64,000 nucleotides of DNA from NCBI GenBank assembly GCA_965232835.1, contig OZ247426.1, forward strand, positions 3,996,974 to 4,060,973, written 5' to 3'. Shown here piece by piece: positions 1-9,726 of this stretch. The position numbers and the translations under genes were made by a program. The notes under the pieces were generated by a model, which saw only the letters and a program-made list of their open reading frames with translations, ran no database searches and was not told where the DNA came from. Positions within the stretch are counted from its first letter, which is position 1, and every line of letters starts with the position of its first letter. This stretch comes from Dehalococcoidia bacterium (GTDB lineage: Bacteria; Chloroflexota; Dehalococcoidia; Lucifugimonadales; UBA3495).

Positions 1-917
1 GAGCCCATGCTGCTGCCCTGGATGCGCTTCTCCCTCAGGAAAGACGGGCCGTCCAGCTCAATCTTCGTGCCCTGGGGGATCATGCCGATTACGGTGGCTG
101 TGCCGCCGGGACGCAGCATGTGGAACGACTGCTCGGCAGTTTCCTTCTTGCCGATAGCCTCGAATGAGTAGTCAACGCCGCCGTTGGTCAGGTCGCGAAT
201 TTTCTCCACCACGTCGCCGCCGGAGGCATCGACAACGTCTGTGGCACCGAACTCCTGGGCCAGGGTCAGCTTGGTCTCCACCGCGTCGATGGCGATGATG
301 CGCAGCGCGCCGGCAAGAGCGGCGCCCTGGATGGCGTTCAGGCCCACGCCGCCACAGCCGATGACTGCCACGGTGCTGCCGGGTCGGACAGCGGCAGTGT
401 TCAACGCCGCGCCCAGGCCGGTGGTTGCGCCGCAGCCGATGAGCGCCAGCTGCTCGAAGGGAATGTCGCGTTCGATTTTGACCACCGCATTCTCGTGGAC
501 CAGCATCTGCTCGGCGTATGACGAAAGGTTGGCGAACTGCATCACCTCATCGCCGTTCTGGCTGAGGCGAGGCGTCTCGTTTCGACCGCGAGTCAGGCCG
601 GTGCGGGAGCAGAGTACGGTGCGTCCCTCGGTGCACCGCTCGCAGGTCCCGCAGAAGACGGACAGGCAAGTGATCACCCGATCACCGGGCTTGACGTAGT
701 CGACCAGGTCGCCCACGGCCTCGATGGTGCCCGCGGCCTCGTGGCCGAGGATGATCGGGGTGGGCGTGGAGTAGAGACCCTCGATAAAGTGCAGATCGCT
801 GTGGCAGACGCCGCTGGCGCCCGTGCGGACCAGCACCTCGCGCGGGCCGGGCGACGCGACATCTATTTCCTCGATTTCCAGGGGCTGGTTGACCTCTCGC
901 ATTACTGCTGCTTTCAT
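1..917 (-). CDS. Zn-dependent alcohol dehydrogenase (MDR family), C-terminal end outside window
   Basis: Absent from the ORF track because it has no in-window stop. Reverse-strand translation from ATG at 915-917 reads MKAAVMREVNQPLEIEEIDVASPGPREVLVRTGASGVCHSDLHF...LGHEAAGTIEAVG...VIGCGGVGLNAIQGA. This shows the Zn-ligand Cys/His, the GHE motif and the GxGxxG Rossmann motif. Confidence 0.85.
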   Translation of the reverse strand, partial: MKAAVMREVNQPLEIEEIDVASPGPREVLVRTGASGVCHSDLHFIEGLYSTPTPIILGHEAAGTIEAVGDLVDYVKPGDRVITCLSVFCGTCERCTEGRTVLCSRTGLTRGRNETPRLSQNGDEVMQFANLSSYAEQMLVHENAVVKIERDIPFEQLALIGCGATTGLGAALNTAAVRPGSTVAVIGCGGVGLNAIQGAALAGALRIIAIDAVETKLTLAQEFGATDVVDASGGDVVEKIRDLTNGGVDYSFEAIGKKETAEQSFHMLRPGGTATVIGMIPQGTKIELDGPSFLREKRIQGSSMG

Positions 918-1094
918 AGCTCACCTGTCTCAATTAAGCGTTGTAGTGGGTGTGAATTTAACCAGCCGCGCCACCAAGTGTCAAAGTGGCGATTTCACGA
1001 TGAAATCGCCACTCGGTAGTTTCGGGTATTTGCCAGGGGGCGTTAAAGGCCGTAGTAGCTGCTGGCGCGAAGCCCAGAGAACCTTGATGACGCC

Positions 1095-1502
1095 CTATGC
1101 CGTGGGCTTGAAGTAGGGAACGCTGATTTGGTCGGTGGCCCGCTCGAAGGTGACCTCCACCGGCATGCCGATGGTGACCTCGCCAGGGTCGCAGCCCACG
1201 ATGTTGGTAAACATGCGCACGCCCTCCTCCAGCTCCACGAGGGCAAGGACGTAGGGGCCCTGATCGAATCCGGTGGTGCGATTCTGGTACGTGACTGTGT
1301 AAGTCCAGACGGTGCCCTTGCCGCTGGATTGGAACCACGACGGGCTTTCCGACCAGCAGTGGGAGCAGATACCCCGGGGGTAAAACTGGTATTCGTCGCA
1401 CTTGTCGCAGTACTGGATTAGCAGTTGGCCGCGTCGGCAGGCGTCCCAATAGGCTCGGGTCTCCCCGACCACGGTGGGCAGCGGCTTGTTCCATTCAGGC
1501 AT
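1095..1502 (-). CDS. DUF35-type Zn-ribbon/OB-fold protein (thiolase partner)
   Basis: ORF 1095..1574 trimmed to the ATG at 1502 (MPEWNKPLPTVVGE...), 2 nt after the thiolase stop. It has a CDKC...CSHC zinc ribbon and an OB-fold-like C-terminus. This is the classic partner of SCP-x thiolases. Confidence 0.8.
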   Translation of the reverse strand: MPEWNKPLPTVVGETRAYWDACRRGQLLIQYCDKCDEYQFYPRGICSHCWSESPSWFQSSGKGTVWTYTVTYQNRTTGFDQGPYVLALVELEEGVRMFTNIVGCDPGEVTIGMPVEVTFERATDQISVPYFKPTA

Positions 1503-1504
1503 AA

Positions 1505-2686
1505 CTAATCCCTCCCCAGGATTACGGTGCCGCCGCTGTGGCGGGAGCCGAGAGCGCCGCCGGTGCCGTGGCACAGGGCGATCTTGCAGTCGGGCACCTG
1601 GCGCGGAGTGCCCTCGAACTGGTGGCGGAGCTGACGGGTGGCCTCCATCAGCAGGAAGATGCCGCGCATCCCTGGATGGTTGGACGACAGCCCGCCGCCG
1701 TCAGTGTTGATGGGCAGCTTGCCACCAATCTTCAGCGCTCCGTTGCTGACGAACTGGCCGCCCTCTCCCTTCTCGCAGAAGCCGAGGTCTTCCAGAGTCT
1801 CCAGCACAGTGATGGTGAATGAGTCGTAGATCATTGCCATGTCGATGTCGTCGTGAGTGACGCCGGACCCGGCGAAGGCAGGCTCATGGCTCTGCTTGGC
1901 GGCGATGTAGATGAGGTCGCGCTTGCCGGCGCCCTGGTGAGCCACGGCCTCGCCGGTGCCCAGAACCCACACGGGCGTGTGGCGGCAGTTGCGGGCGACC
2001 TCGGGCGAGGCGACGACCACCGCGCCGCCGCCGTCGGTGATGACGCAGCAGTCGTTGATGTGCAGCGGCGACGAGATTACCCGGGAGCGCATCACGTCCT
2101 CGACGGTTATCTCGTCGCGGAACAGGGCCTCGGGGTTCATGGACGCGTGATGCCGCACTGCCACGGCGATCTCTGCCAGCTGCTCCGGGGTGGTGCCGAA
2201 CTGGTGCATGTGCCGATTGGCGATCATGGCGTACAGGCCCACGGTGGTCAGCCCGTACAGCTCCTCGAAACTGTCGGGGGACGGGTCGAGGCGCGGGTGT
2301 CCGAACCGCCCCACGCCGCCGGTGCCGACGGACACGCCGCCGGAGCGGGCGAGGGTGGCGTAGGTGATCACCGCGACGTTGATGCGCCCGGCGTGGATGG
2401 CGTTGAGGGCGTGGGCGAGGTGGAACTCGAACGACCCGCCGCCCACGGTGGTGTTGTCGACGTGCTTCGGGTACATGTTCAGATAGTCGGCGAGGTTCAG
2501 GCCGCTGTTGCGTACCGACATCGACGCGGTGAACAGGCCGTCGACGTCGTTCTTGGACAGCCCGGCGTCTTCCAGGGCCTTGATGATGCTTTCGCCCTGA
2601 ATCTGGAGCTCGCTCTTGTCGGGAGCGTAGCGGGTAACGTGCTCGTGGACGCCGACAATTGCGGCCGCCCGTCTGAGGTCAACCAT
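1505..2686 (-). CDS. thiolase-like protein (SCP-x / nonspecific lipid-transfer type)
   Basis: 393-aa ORF. Thiolase-fold motifs are present: NTDGGGLSSNHPGMRG and CHGTGGALG near the C-terminus. It is coupled to the DUF35 gene. Confidence 0.85.
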   Translation of the reverse strand: MVDLRRAAAIVGVHEHVTRYAPDKSELQIQGESIIKALEDAGLSKNDVDGLFTASMSVRNSGLNLADYLNMYPKHVDNTTVGGGSFEFHLAHALNAIHAGRINVAVITYATLARSGGVSVGTGGVGRFGHPRLDPSPDSFEELYGLTTVGLYAMIANRHMHQFGTTPEQLAEIAVAVRHHASMNPEALFRDEITVEDVMRSRVISSPLHINDCCVITDGGGAVVVASPEVARNCRHTPVWVLGTGEAVAHQGAGKRDLIYIAAKQSHEPAFAGSGVTHDDIDMAMIYDSFTITVLETLEDLGFCEKGEGGQFVSNGALKIGGKLPINTDGGGLSSNHPGMRGIFLLMEATRQLRHQFEGTPRQVPDCKIALCHGTGGALGSRHSGGTVILGRD

Positions 2687-2854
2687 GGGCAGGATACCTC
2701 CGGGTTTTTCGATTCCGGGGTTGGTTGAAATGAGACCGTGAGTCTCAGTAAAGCGGGACTATTATCACCGAGGCGGTACAGCAACACAAGGCGGGCGGAT
2801 TGCTTGGAAGTCTCCGCCGGCGAATCCGGTTCCGGACTCCTCAAGTCCAGTTTT

Positions 2855-3265
2855 CTACAGGAACGGGTTAATCACGCGGACTCCGTCGTAGTCTTGCGAG
2901 TGGCTCAGGTCTTCCGAGTACACCGCGTCACAGCCGAGGATTTTGGCGGCCGCCAGTATTGCGGCATCCCAGTAGGATAGACGGAACCGGTCGCAGAGTT
3001 CCGTCGCCCTTCGAAACACCTCAGTTGTGACCGGCTGAACTGGCACATCTGCCAGACGGTCAATGAAACTAAGGGCTCTCTCGTGACTCAGCCTGCTGGT
3101 ACGGGAAGGCCTCGTGGCTTGGTGATAGAATTCGGCCAGAACTTGCACCGAGAGGGCGAGATTGTCACTGTCGGCGAGAACCTCAAGGGCCCGAACTCGC
3201 TTCCCTGCCTCGGCCGGGTCCGAGCTAACTGCGTACAAGAGGATGTTGGAATCAGCGAGTCGCAT
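2855..3265 (-). CDS. vapC: PIN-domain toxin VapC
   Basis: 136 aa. MRLADSNILLY (N-terminal acidic PIN motif) ... SYWDAAILAAAKILGCDAVYSED. Overlaps the upstream antitoxin gene by 14 nt. Confidence 0.8.
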   Translation of the reverse strand: MRLADSNILLYAVSSDPAEAGKRVRALEVLADSDNLALSVQVLAEFYHQATRPSRTSRLSHERALSFIDRLADVPVQPVTTEVFRRATELCDRFRLSYWDAAILAAAKILGCDAVYSEDLSHSQDYDGVRVINPFL

Positions 3266-3527
3266 TGCGCAGATACATTTCTTCTCTCGTCTGGTTCTCG
3301 GTCACCGAAATCCCTATCCCATTGCGCTCAAATTCCTCGGCTAACTCCATCAGTTCTCGACGGTGCCTTTCGCTCTTGGTCTCGGTAGGGGTGGTCTGGG
3401 AGGCAGATTCCAATAACCCTTTCATGTGGTTCCTTATCATAGAGGAGACGGAAGTTCCCTGTTCGGCGGCCATGATGCGCAGTCGGCGGTGAGTTTCGTC
3501 CTCGACTGTTACACTGATTGTCTTCAA
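3252..3527 (-). CDS. ribbon-helix-helix antitoxin (VapB-like)
   Basis: 91 aa. The N-terminus MKTISVTVEDETHRRLRIMAAEQGTSVSSMIRNHM is CopG/RHH-like. Positioned directly upstream of vapC and overlapping it. Confidence 0.65.
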   Translation of the reverse strand: MKTISVTVEDETHRRLRIMAAEQGTSVSSMIRNHMKGLLESASQTTPTETKSERHRRELMELAEEFERNGIGISVTENQTREEMYLRNATR

Positions 3528-3733
3528 GGATACGTTCCAATAAATTAGTGAATTGTGATTTTGTGAATATTAAATTTACCTTTTCGGCGGCTAGCATTCA
3601 AGTGTCATATAAGGGCCGCCATTCGCGAATGGCTTGGTTCCTTCCAGCCAGTGACATTTGGCCGTTGCCGACGGGTACGGGGCCTGTTGTATAGTAGGGC
3701 CGTCAGTATACCGATCGATACAAAGGAGGGGCG

Positions 3734-4381
3734 ATGCTTGCTATCCTGGGAGGAACCGGGCCGGAGGGAAAGGGGCTGGCCTTGCGCCTGGCGCTGGCCG
3801 GAGAAGCAGTGACCATTGGCTCCCGCAGTACGGAGCGTGGGGCGGCCGCCGCTGCCGAGCTGGCAGAGGGAGCGCCCGGCGCTGCCATAGCCGGGACCGA
3901 TAACGCTGGAGCCGCAGCCGCCGGTGATGTGGTGTTCCTGGCGTTTCCCTACGAGGGCCAAAGGCCTGTGCTGGAGGACCTCGCCGCGTCCCTGGACGGC
4001 AAGATTGTGGTCAGCGTCATTGCCCCCATGGTCTTCGAGCGCGGCAAGGGCGCGAGCGCCGTCGAGGTGGAGGCCGGTTCGGCTGCCCAGGAAGCGCAGG
4101 AGATTCTGCCCGGCGCCCAGGTCGTTGCCGCGTTTCAGAACGTCAGCGCCGAGGAACTCCAGGATCCGCAAGTGGACATGGAAGGCGACGTGGTCGTGTG
4201 TTCCGACCATGCCGACGCCAAGAAGCTGGTGATGGGCCTGGCCGACAAGATCAAGAGCCTGAGGGGCGTCGACGGCGGCGCGTTGGCCAACGCGAAGTAC
4301 GTGGAGCAGGTAACACCCCTGCTGGTCAATATAAATCGCATCTACCGGACGCATTCGGGCATCAAGATCACCGGGGTTTAG
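3734..4381 (+). CDS. npdG: NADPH-dependent F420 reductase
   Basis: 215 aa. N-terminal dinucleotide fold MLAILGGTGPEGKGLALRLALAGEAVTIGSR. The C-terminus ...ANAKYVEQVTPLLVNINRIY is typical of F420H2:NADP oxidoreductases. AAAGGAGG Shine-Dalgarno upstream. Confidence 0.75.
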   Translation: MLAILGGTGPEGKGLALRLALAGEAVTIGSRSTERGAAAAAELAEGAPGAAIAGTDNAGAAAAGDVVFLAFPYEGQRPVLEDLAASLDGKIVVSVIAPMVFERGKGASAVEVEAGSAAQEAQEILPGAQVVAAFQNVSAEELQDPQVDMEGDVVVCSDHADAKKLVMGLADKIKSLRGVDGGALANAKYVEQVTPLLVNINRIYRTHSGIKITGV

Positions 4382-4503
4382 TCCTACCAGGAATTTATGT
4401 GATTCTCTGTTTGACAGGATTTTCCTGTTGGGGATGTCGTTAAATCCTGATCGGGGCTGCATACACAACGGAATCGGTCCACACTAGGGCCAAGGAGTGA
4501 ACC

Positions 4504-5046
4504 ATGCCGCGATTCCCTATAGACATAAACAGCGCCGAAGGACAGGCCGCAGTCAAAGGGCAGTGGAAATATGCCGAGGGGTTTATCCCCGGCGCCGACA
4601 ACTACGGGTTGACCGAGAGGATCGAGGGCAGTCCGGCTCGTCTGCCCGACTACGACGACTCTGGCTGGGCGGTCTGTTCCGATACCAGCGCCTGGGCCAG
4701 GTTCGGCGGGGACTATGTTACTGGCTTCTCATTCGTCTGGTATCGCATCAACATTACCGTACCCGACACAGTCGGAGGGCGAGACCCTCGCCGCACCCGG
4801 CTATTGTTCGAGACGTGCGTCGACGACTATGGCGAGGTATGGGTCAACGGCGAGTGCAATCGAGAGCGTGGCACTGTCGAAGGATTCAACCGTCCTCAGC
4901 GAGTGGAACTGGCCAACAACCCCAACCCGGGAGACCAGTACACCATAGCCGTGCTGGCCGCCAACGGCCCCCTGGGCGCGCCCGGCGGCGGCGTCTTCGT
5001 CCGCTACACCAACCTCAGCTTCGAGTGGCGAGACGACGACCCGTAG
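4504..5046 (+). CDS. hypothetical protein, galactose-binding-domain-like jelly roll
   Basis: 180 aa. The DDSGW...FSFVWYRINITVP...LLFETCVDDYGEVWVNGE pattern resembles the GH2 N-terminal sugar-binding fold. No catalytic domain. Confidence 0.5.
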   Translation: MPRFPIDINSAEGQAAVKGQWKYAEGFIPGADNYGLTERIEGSPARLPDYDDSGWAVCSDTSAWARFGGDYVTGFSFVWYRINITVPDTVGGRDPRRTRLLFETCVDDYGEVWVNGECNRERGTVEGFNRPQRVELANNPNPGDQYTIAVLAANGPLGAPGGGVFVRYTNLSFEWRDDDP

Positions 5047-5077
5047 GTCTCCGGGATATTTTGTCTGCCGGGAGAAT

Positions 5078-5177
5078 TGTCTGAATCAGGATTCCTGGGG
5101 TCAAGGGATTCACAGGATAGGGAAATTCTGAAACTCCTATCCTGAAGCTCTTGAATCCGGTCCATCCTGATTCGGAC
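5078..5177. repeat. dispersed repeat family A (CTGAATCAGGATT type) with inverted arms
   Basis: Left arm tgtctgaatcaggattcc (5078-5095) and right arm catcctgattcggac (5163-5177) are inverted. There is an inner hairpin, caggatagg...cctatcctg. Related copies lie near 4413-4454, 11280-11297, 53008-53093 and 55031-55136. Confidence 0.55.
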
Positions 5178-5204
5178 TGGGAGTTGAAAGAACCCGGGGC
5201 CTAC

Positions 5205-6482
5205 ATGAGTCGCCTGAAATTCGTTCACGCTGCCGACTTGCACCTGGACAGCCCTTTCGGCGGCATCCGCTCCGAGGCGCCGCAGCATGTCGCGGAGAGG
5301 CTGTACGGAGCCACCTTTGACGCCTACGAAAACATCATCAGCCTGTGTCTCAGGGAGCGAGTGGACGCACTGCTGGTGGCAGGCGACATATACGACGGCG
5401 CGGACCGCAGCCTGCGGGCACAAATCCGGTTCATTGACGGACTGAAACGTCTGGACGCAGCAGGCATCCGCACTTTCGTGTGCCACGGAAATCACGATCC
5501 CCTGGACGGCTGGGAGGCCCGGCTGGACCTGCCCCCAGGATGTGTTCGCTATGGGCCGGAGGTGTCGTCGGAGCCGGTATTCCCTGGTGAACCGGAGCGT
5601 GCGACAGTGCACGGGATAAGCTACCCGCAGCGGGTGGTAACCGAAAATCTGTCGCAGCATTTTCGCCCACCATATCGTTCCGGATTCAACGTAGGGTTGC
5701 TTCACGCCAATGTGGGGGGCAACTCCGCCCATGATAACTATTCTCCCTGCACTGTGGATGACCTGTCAGAGACAGGAATAGACTACTGGGCATTGGGCCA
5801 CGTACATACCCGGCAGGTGCTGCGACGGGAACGACCCGCGGTCGTTTACCCAGGCAACCCACAGGGACGCACTCCCCGCGAAACCGGTGAGCGCGGCGTC
5901 TACCTCGTGGAGGTGGACGACCATGGCGAGGTGATACTCGATTTTCGCCCTGTCGACGTGGTGCGCTGGGATGTGCTGGAGGTCGGAATCGAAGGGCTGG
6001 AAACCGAGCAGGAGTTACTCGATGCCGTAGATCGAGCCGTGGTTTCCTGCTCGGATGCGAGTGGCGGTCGTCCCGTGGTTTTCCGACTCACGTTGACTGG
6101 CCGTGGATCCTTGAACCGATGGATTCGCGCATCCGGAACTGGGGAACAACTGCAGGAGCATATCAACGATATGCACGCCCATCAGACCCACTGGCTGTGG
6201 TGCGAGCGGATCCAGTTGAACACCGGCTCTCCCGTGGACCGTGAACAGGCAGCCAGGCGCGAGGACTTCACCGGCGACCTCGCGCGCCTGGGTATCTCGC
6301 TGCGGGAAGATCCCGGCGCGCTGGCGGAAATTCGGGAGTTGCTCCGGACCCTCTACGTTAGCTCCAACGCCGCCCCGTATCTGCGAACGCATCTTCCTGT
6401 GAATGATGAGTTGCTGGAATTGCTGGCGGCGGCCGAGGAGGAATGCCTGTCCTCGCTGGTTAGAGAAGAGGATGAAGAGTGA
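5205..6482 (+). CDS. metallophosphoesterase DNA-repair exonuclease (SbcD/YhaO-like)
   Basis: ORF 5151..6482 trimmed to the ATG at 5205, because the upstream part lies in repeat A. MSRLKFVHAADLHLDSPFGG..., GDIYDG, CHGNHD and GHVH are calcineurin-like phosphoesterase motifs. Confidence 0.8.
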   Translation: MSRLKFVHAADLHLDSPFGGIRSEAPQHVAERLYGATFDAYENIISLCLRERVDALLVAGDIYDGADRSLRAQIRFIDGLKRLDAAGIRTFVCHGNHDPLDGWEARLDLPPGCVRYGPEVSSEPVFPGEPERATVHGISYPQRVVTENLSQHFRPPYRSGFNVGLLHANVGGNSAHDNYSPCTVDDLSETGIDYWALGHVHTRQVLRRERPAVVYPGNPQGRTPRETGERGVYLVEVDDHGEVILDFRPVDVVRWDVLEVGIEGLETEQELLDAVDRAVVSCSDASGGRPVVFRLTLTGRGSLNRWIRASGTGEQLQEHINDMHAHQTHWLWCERIQLNTGSPVDREQAARREDFTGDLARLGISLREDPGALAEIRELLRTLYVSSNAAPYLRTHLPVNDELLELLAAAEEECLSSLVREEDEE

Positions 6483-9400
6483 GAATAGAGGAGCTGTACC
6501 TGGAGGGCTTCGGCCACTTCAACCAGCGCGCCATCGGTCCGGTTTCAGGCAATGTCACAGTATTTTACGGTCCCAACGAGGCAGGCAAGAGCACAACGCT
6601 GGCCTTTATTCGTGCTGTCCTATTCGGGTTTCCCGCCCGGTTCAACAGCCACTTTCCGCCGCTGTCCGGGGGGCGTCATGGGGGTCGCATTACCCTGCGC
6701 GACGACGCGGGCGTGCCTTATTCCGTTGAACGATATGCCGGGGCACGAGGCGGGTTGGCCGTGGTCGCGCCCGATGGCCCGGTGTCCAACCCTGGCGCGC
6801 TGATGCAGAGGCTCGCGGGCAACGCCACTCCAGACCTGTTCCGGAACGTGTTCGCTTTCAGTCTCGACGAACTTCAGGTGGCTGCCTCGCTCAATGACGC
6901 CAGCGGCGCCATTTACAGCGCCGGACAGGGAGCGCCGGGTCTGGCCGGCCTTCTGAGGTCGCTGGGCGAGCACAAAGGGAAAATCTACCGGAGTCGAGGC
7001 AACAACCAGGAGGTGCCCCGGCTGGTTAGTGCCCTCCGAGAAATTGACGCCCAATTAAGGGCAATTCAAGGAAACGCCGGAAAATACGGCGCACTGACCG
7101 AACGCAAGACGGAGATTGACGTGGAATTGGGAGAGGCCGACGCGGAACTCTCCCGGCTGAACGTGCGGCGAAGCGACGTTGACCGTTTGCGGGACGGGTG
7201 GGATGACTGGCTGGCACTGTCAGCCTGCGAGTCCCAGCTGGAAGTTATGCCCAGATACGTGGACTTTCCCGAAAATCCGATAGTGCGACTCGATAGTCTT
7301 GTGGACAGGGTGCGCCAGGCCCGTGAGGACCGGGAGGAGACTGCCAGGCAGTTGCAGCAGGTTGAAGAGGCAGCGTCCGCCGCCATCGCGGGAGAGGACT
7401 TGCTGTATGACCGGGAGCGCATCGAGGCCGTGCGCCGCGACCGCAACAGATTCGACGCCGCCGTACGCGACCTGCCGGAGCGGGAGGGCGAGTTGCGGGG
7501 AATGGAGGCTGACCTGACCGGGCAGCTGGCCGACCTGGGACACGGCTGGAACGAATCGGAACTGCAGGCCTTTGACACGTCGTTGGTGGTCAGGAACCAG
7601 GTTGAAACGTGGAAGGAAAGGATGGCCGAGGCTGGTGACAACGCCCTGAAGGCGGAGTTTCAGCTGGCCCAGGATCGCCGCTCCCTCCTGGAACTGCAGG
7701 AACAGACGGCGGAGGCGCGGGAAAAACTGCCGCTGGAACCGCAGCTTGACGTCGCAGCCCTGTCGAAGCGGCAGGATGCACTCCGCACGGCCCGGGGCAG
7801 GTTGGCTGAATACGAACGGCAGCGCCAGAATCACGAAACACTTCGAACCCAAGTCAACACACTTGCCGCGAGTGCGGAGTTGCAGGCAGGGGATTCGAAA
7901 CGCACCAGTCCACTGCCGATGATCGCAATGGTCGTGGCAGGTGCCGCTTTCGTTGTGGCGGGAATCCTGATCGGTGGGAGCGCTCTGATTCTGGGTGCCC
8001 TCTGTGGGTTGGTCTTGTTCCTCGCCGCCGCAATGCTCTGGCTTATGGGACGGCCCACGTCTCCTGTCACAACCCCGTCGCCGGTTGCTACCACGCTGGC
8101 GCGACAGGCTGCTGACGCCGAAAGGGCCGAGGAGGCGGCCCGCCAGTCATTGCTGGATTCGGCAACAACCCTTGGTCTTCGCGAGCAGGTCGACGACGCC
8201 GCGCTGGACTCGGTGGATGAACGCCTCGACCTGGCGCGCAACGCGTTAGAAGCCCGCAGGACCGCCGAGTCGAGGCTCGAGGACGCGACTCGCCGGGAGA
8301 AGTCGCAGGAGCGAAGGCTGGAAGTTGGGGTCAAGGAACACGACGGTGCACGGGAGAACGCACAACGGTCGCATCAGGAATGGCAGCTATGGCTCCAGGA
8401 ACACGGACTGGACGAAACGCTGACGCCGGAGTCCATGACCGCCTTCCTGGCCCGCGTCGAAACGGCCCGAGGCGCACTGTCGGCCACCAGCCAGATGCGG
8501 GGACGAGTGCAGGCAATTCGAAACGACATCGAGGAATTTCGCCAATTGGTGGAACTCCTGGCACAGCGCCATGGCCTGCATCTGGATTCAGAGAGCCATC
8601 GACAACTCCCGGTGGTAGCAGACGAACTCATCAGGCGTCTGGACGATATCCAGACCGCCTTCGCCGACCGGGAACGATTTAGGGAGCAGGTTGAGGAGGT
8701 CCGGGAGATTCTGGAGGCCAGGGACCGGCGTCTGCAGGGGACGGAGGGGGAATTGGCCGAGTTACTGGCTGCAGGTGGAACGGAGGACGCCGAGGACTTT
8801 CGCCGCCGGGCACGCCAGCACCAAGAGTGGTTGGACTTGGAACGGCAGGTGGACGATCTTCGCCGCAGCCTTGAAAGGCTGAGCGGCCCCGGAGAGAGGT
8901 TTGACGATTTCTGCCGGTCTCTCTCAGCTTCCGATCCTGCCCAGTTGGAGGAGGAATCCTCCCGACTGTCCGAGCTTCACGCCGAAGTCGCCGGAAACCG
9001 CGACCATCTGCGTGAGGAGCGCGGAGGCATTGATACCGAACTGGCACACCTGACCAGCGAACAGGAATCATCGACACTGCGCGTCCGCCGTAATACCCTC
9101 GAGGAACAGTTGCGGGAACAGGCCCGCGAGTGGTCACGGCTCACCATCGCCGAGGCACTGCTGGAAAAGACCCGGCAAAAATTTGAGGAGGAACGCCAGC
9201 CCGGCGTTATCCGACACGCCCAGGAATTCTTCTCCGGCGTGACTGGCCAGCGATACCAGCGGCTCTACTCTCCCATAGGCGAACAGAGCATAACGGTGAT
9301 CGATGAGTCAGGGGACAGCAAGCAGCCCGCCGAACTGAGCAGAGGTACTCGGGAGCAACTGTACCTTGCCTTGCGGTTTGGGCTTATCCGCGAGTTTGGT

Positions 9401-9595
9401 GAGCATGCTGAACGCCTGCCGGTGGTGGTGGACGAGGCTCTGGTCAACTTCGATCCGGGGCGCGCCCGGCTGGCCGCAGAGGCGTTTGGCCACCTGGCGG
9501 AAACCAATCAGGTGCTGGTATTCACCTGCCACCCGGCCACCGCCGACATGTTCGCCGAGGCGGCTGGAGCGGAGGTGGTGAATATCAGCGGGTGA
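6479..9595 (+). CDS. Rad50/SbcC-like AAA ATPase (YhaN family) with central TM hairpin
   Basis: 1038 aa. The GTG start overlaps the upstream stop (GTGA). Walker A is GPNEAGKST and the C-terminal Walker B is LPVVVDEALVNFD. It has long E/R/L-rich coiled-coil-like arms and a ~45-aa hydrophobic stretch at about nt 7905-8050. Confidence 0.8.
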   Translation: MRIEELYLEGFGHFNQRAIGPVSGNVTVFYGPNEAGKSTTLAFIRAVLFGFPARFNSHFPPLSGGRHGGRITLRDDAGVPYSVERYAGARGGLAVVAPDGPVSNPGALMQRLAGNATPDLFRNVFAFSLDELQVAASLNDASGAIYSAGQGAPGLAGLLRSLGEHKGKIYRSRGNNQEVPRLVSALREIDAQLRAIQGNAGKYGALTERKTEIDVELGEADAELSRLNVRRSDVDRLRDGWDDWLALSACESQLEVMPRYVDFPENPIVRLDSLVDRVRQAREDREETARQLQQVEEAASAAIAGEDLLYDRERIEAVRRDRNRFDAAVRDLPEREGELRGMEADLTGQLADLGHGWNESELQAFDTSLVVRNQVETWKERMAEAGDNALKAEFQLAQDRRSLLELQEQTAEAREKLPLEPQLDVAALSKRQDALRTARGRLAEYERQRQNHETLRTQVNTLAASAELQAGDSKRTSPLPMIAMVVAGAAFVVAGILIGGSALILGALCGLVLFLAAAMLWLMGRPTSPVTTPSPVATTLARQAADAERAEEAARQSLLDSATTLGLREQVDDAALDSVDERLDLARNALEARRTAESRLEDATRREKSQERRLEVGVKEHDGARENAQRSHQEWQLWLQEHGLDETLTPESMTAFLARVETARGALSATSQMRGRVQAIRNDIEEFRQLVELLAQRHGLHLDSESHRQLPVVADELIRRLDDIQTAFADRERFREQVEEVREILEARDRRLQGTEGELAELLAAGGTEDAEDFRRRARQHQEWLDLERQVDDLRRSLERLSGPGERFDDFCRSLSASDPAQLEEESSRLSELHAEVAGNRDHLREERGGIDTELAHLTSEQESSTLRVRRNTLEEQLREQAREWSRLTIAEALLEKTRQKFEEERQPGVIRHAQEFFSGVTGQRYQRLYSPIGEQSITVIDESGDSKQPAELSRGTREQLYLALRFGLIREFGEHAERLPVVVDEALVNFDPGRARLAAEAFGHLAETNQVLVFTCHPATADMFAEAAGAEVVNISG

Positions 9596-9726
9596 CAGCC
9601 CCCGAACTCTCGTCGTGTACAGTCAACTTTTGAGGTTGCTCCCGGTTAGCCCCTTGAACAACCAGCGGACAACTCCCCGGGCACGCTCGCGATAAACGTA
9701 CTGCGCGAGATACGTGGCAGGCAGGC

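Noticed and set aside
1503-1574. N-terminal extension of the DUF35 ORF (start at 1574).
   Set aside because: It would overlap the thiolase 3' end by 70 nt and is Arg/Pro-rich. The ATG at 1502 gives the usual compact thiolase-DUF35 coupling.
3605-4468. 287-aa minus-strand ORF.
   Set aside because: It is antisense to the F420 reductase gene, which has a Rossmann N-terminus and a good Shine-Dalgarno site on the plus strand.
5151-5204. TTG-start extension of the SbcD-like ORF.
   Set aside because: It lies entirely inside a family A repeat. The ATG at 5205 gives the canonical MSRLKFVHAADLHLD phosphoesterase N-terminus.
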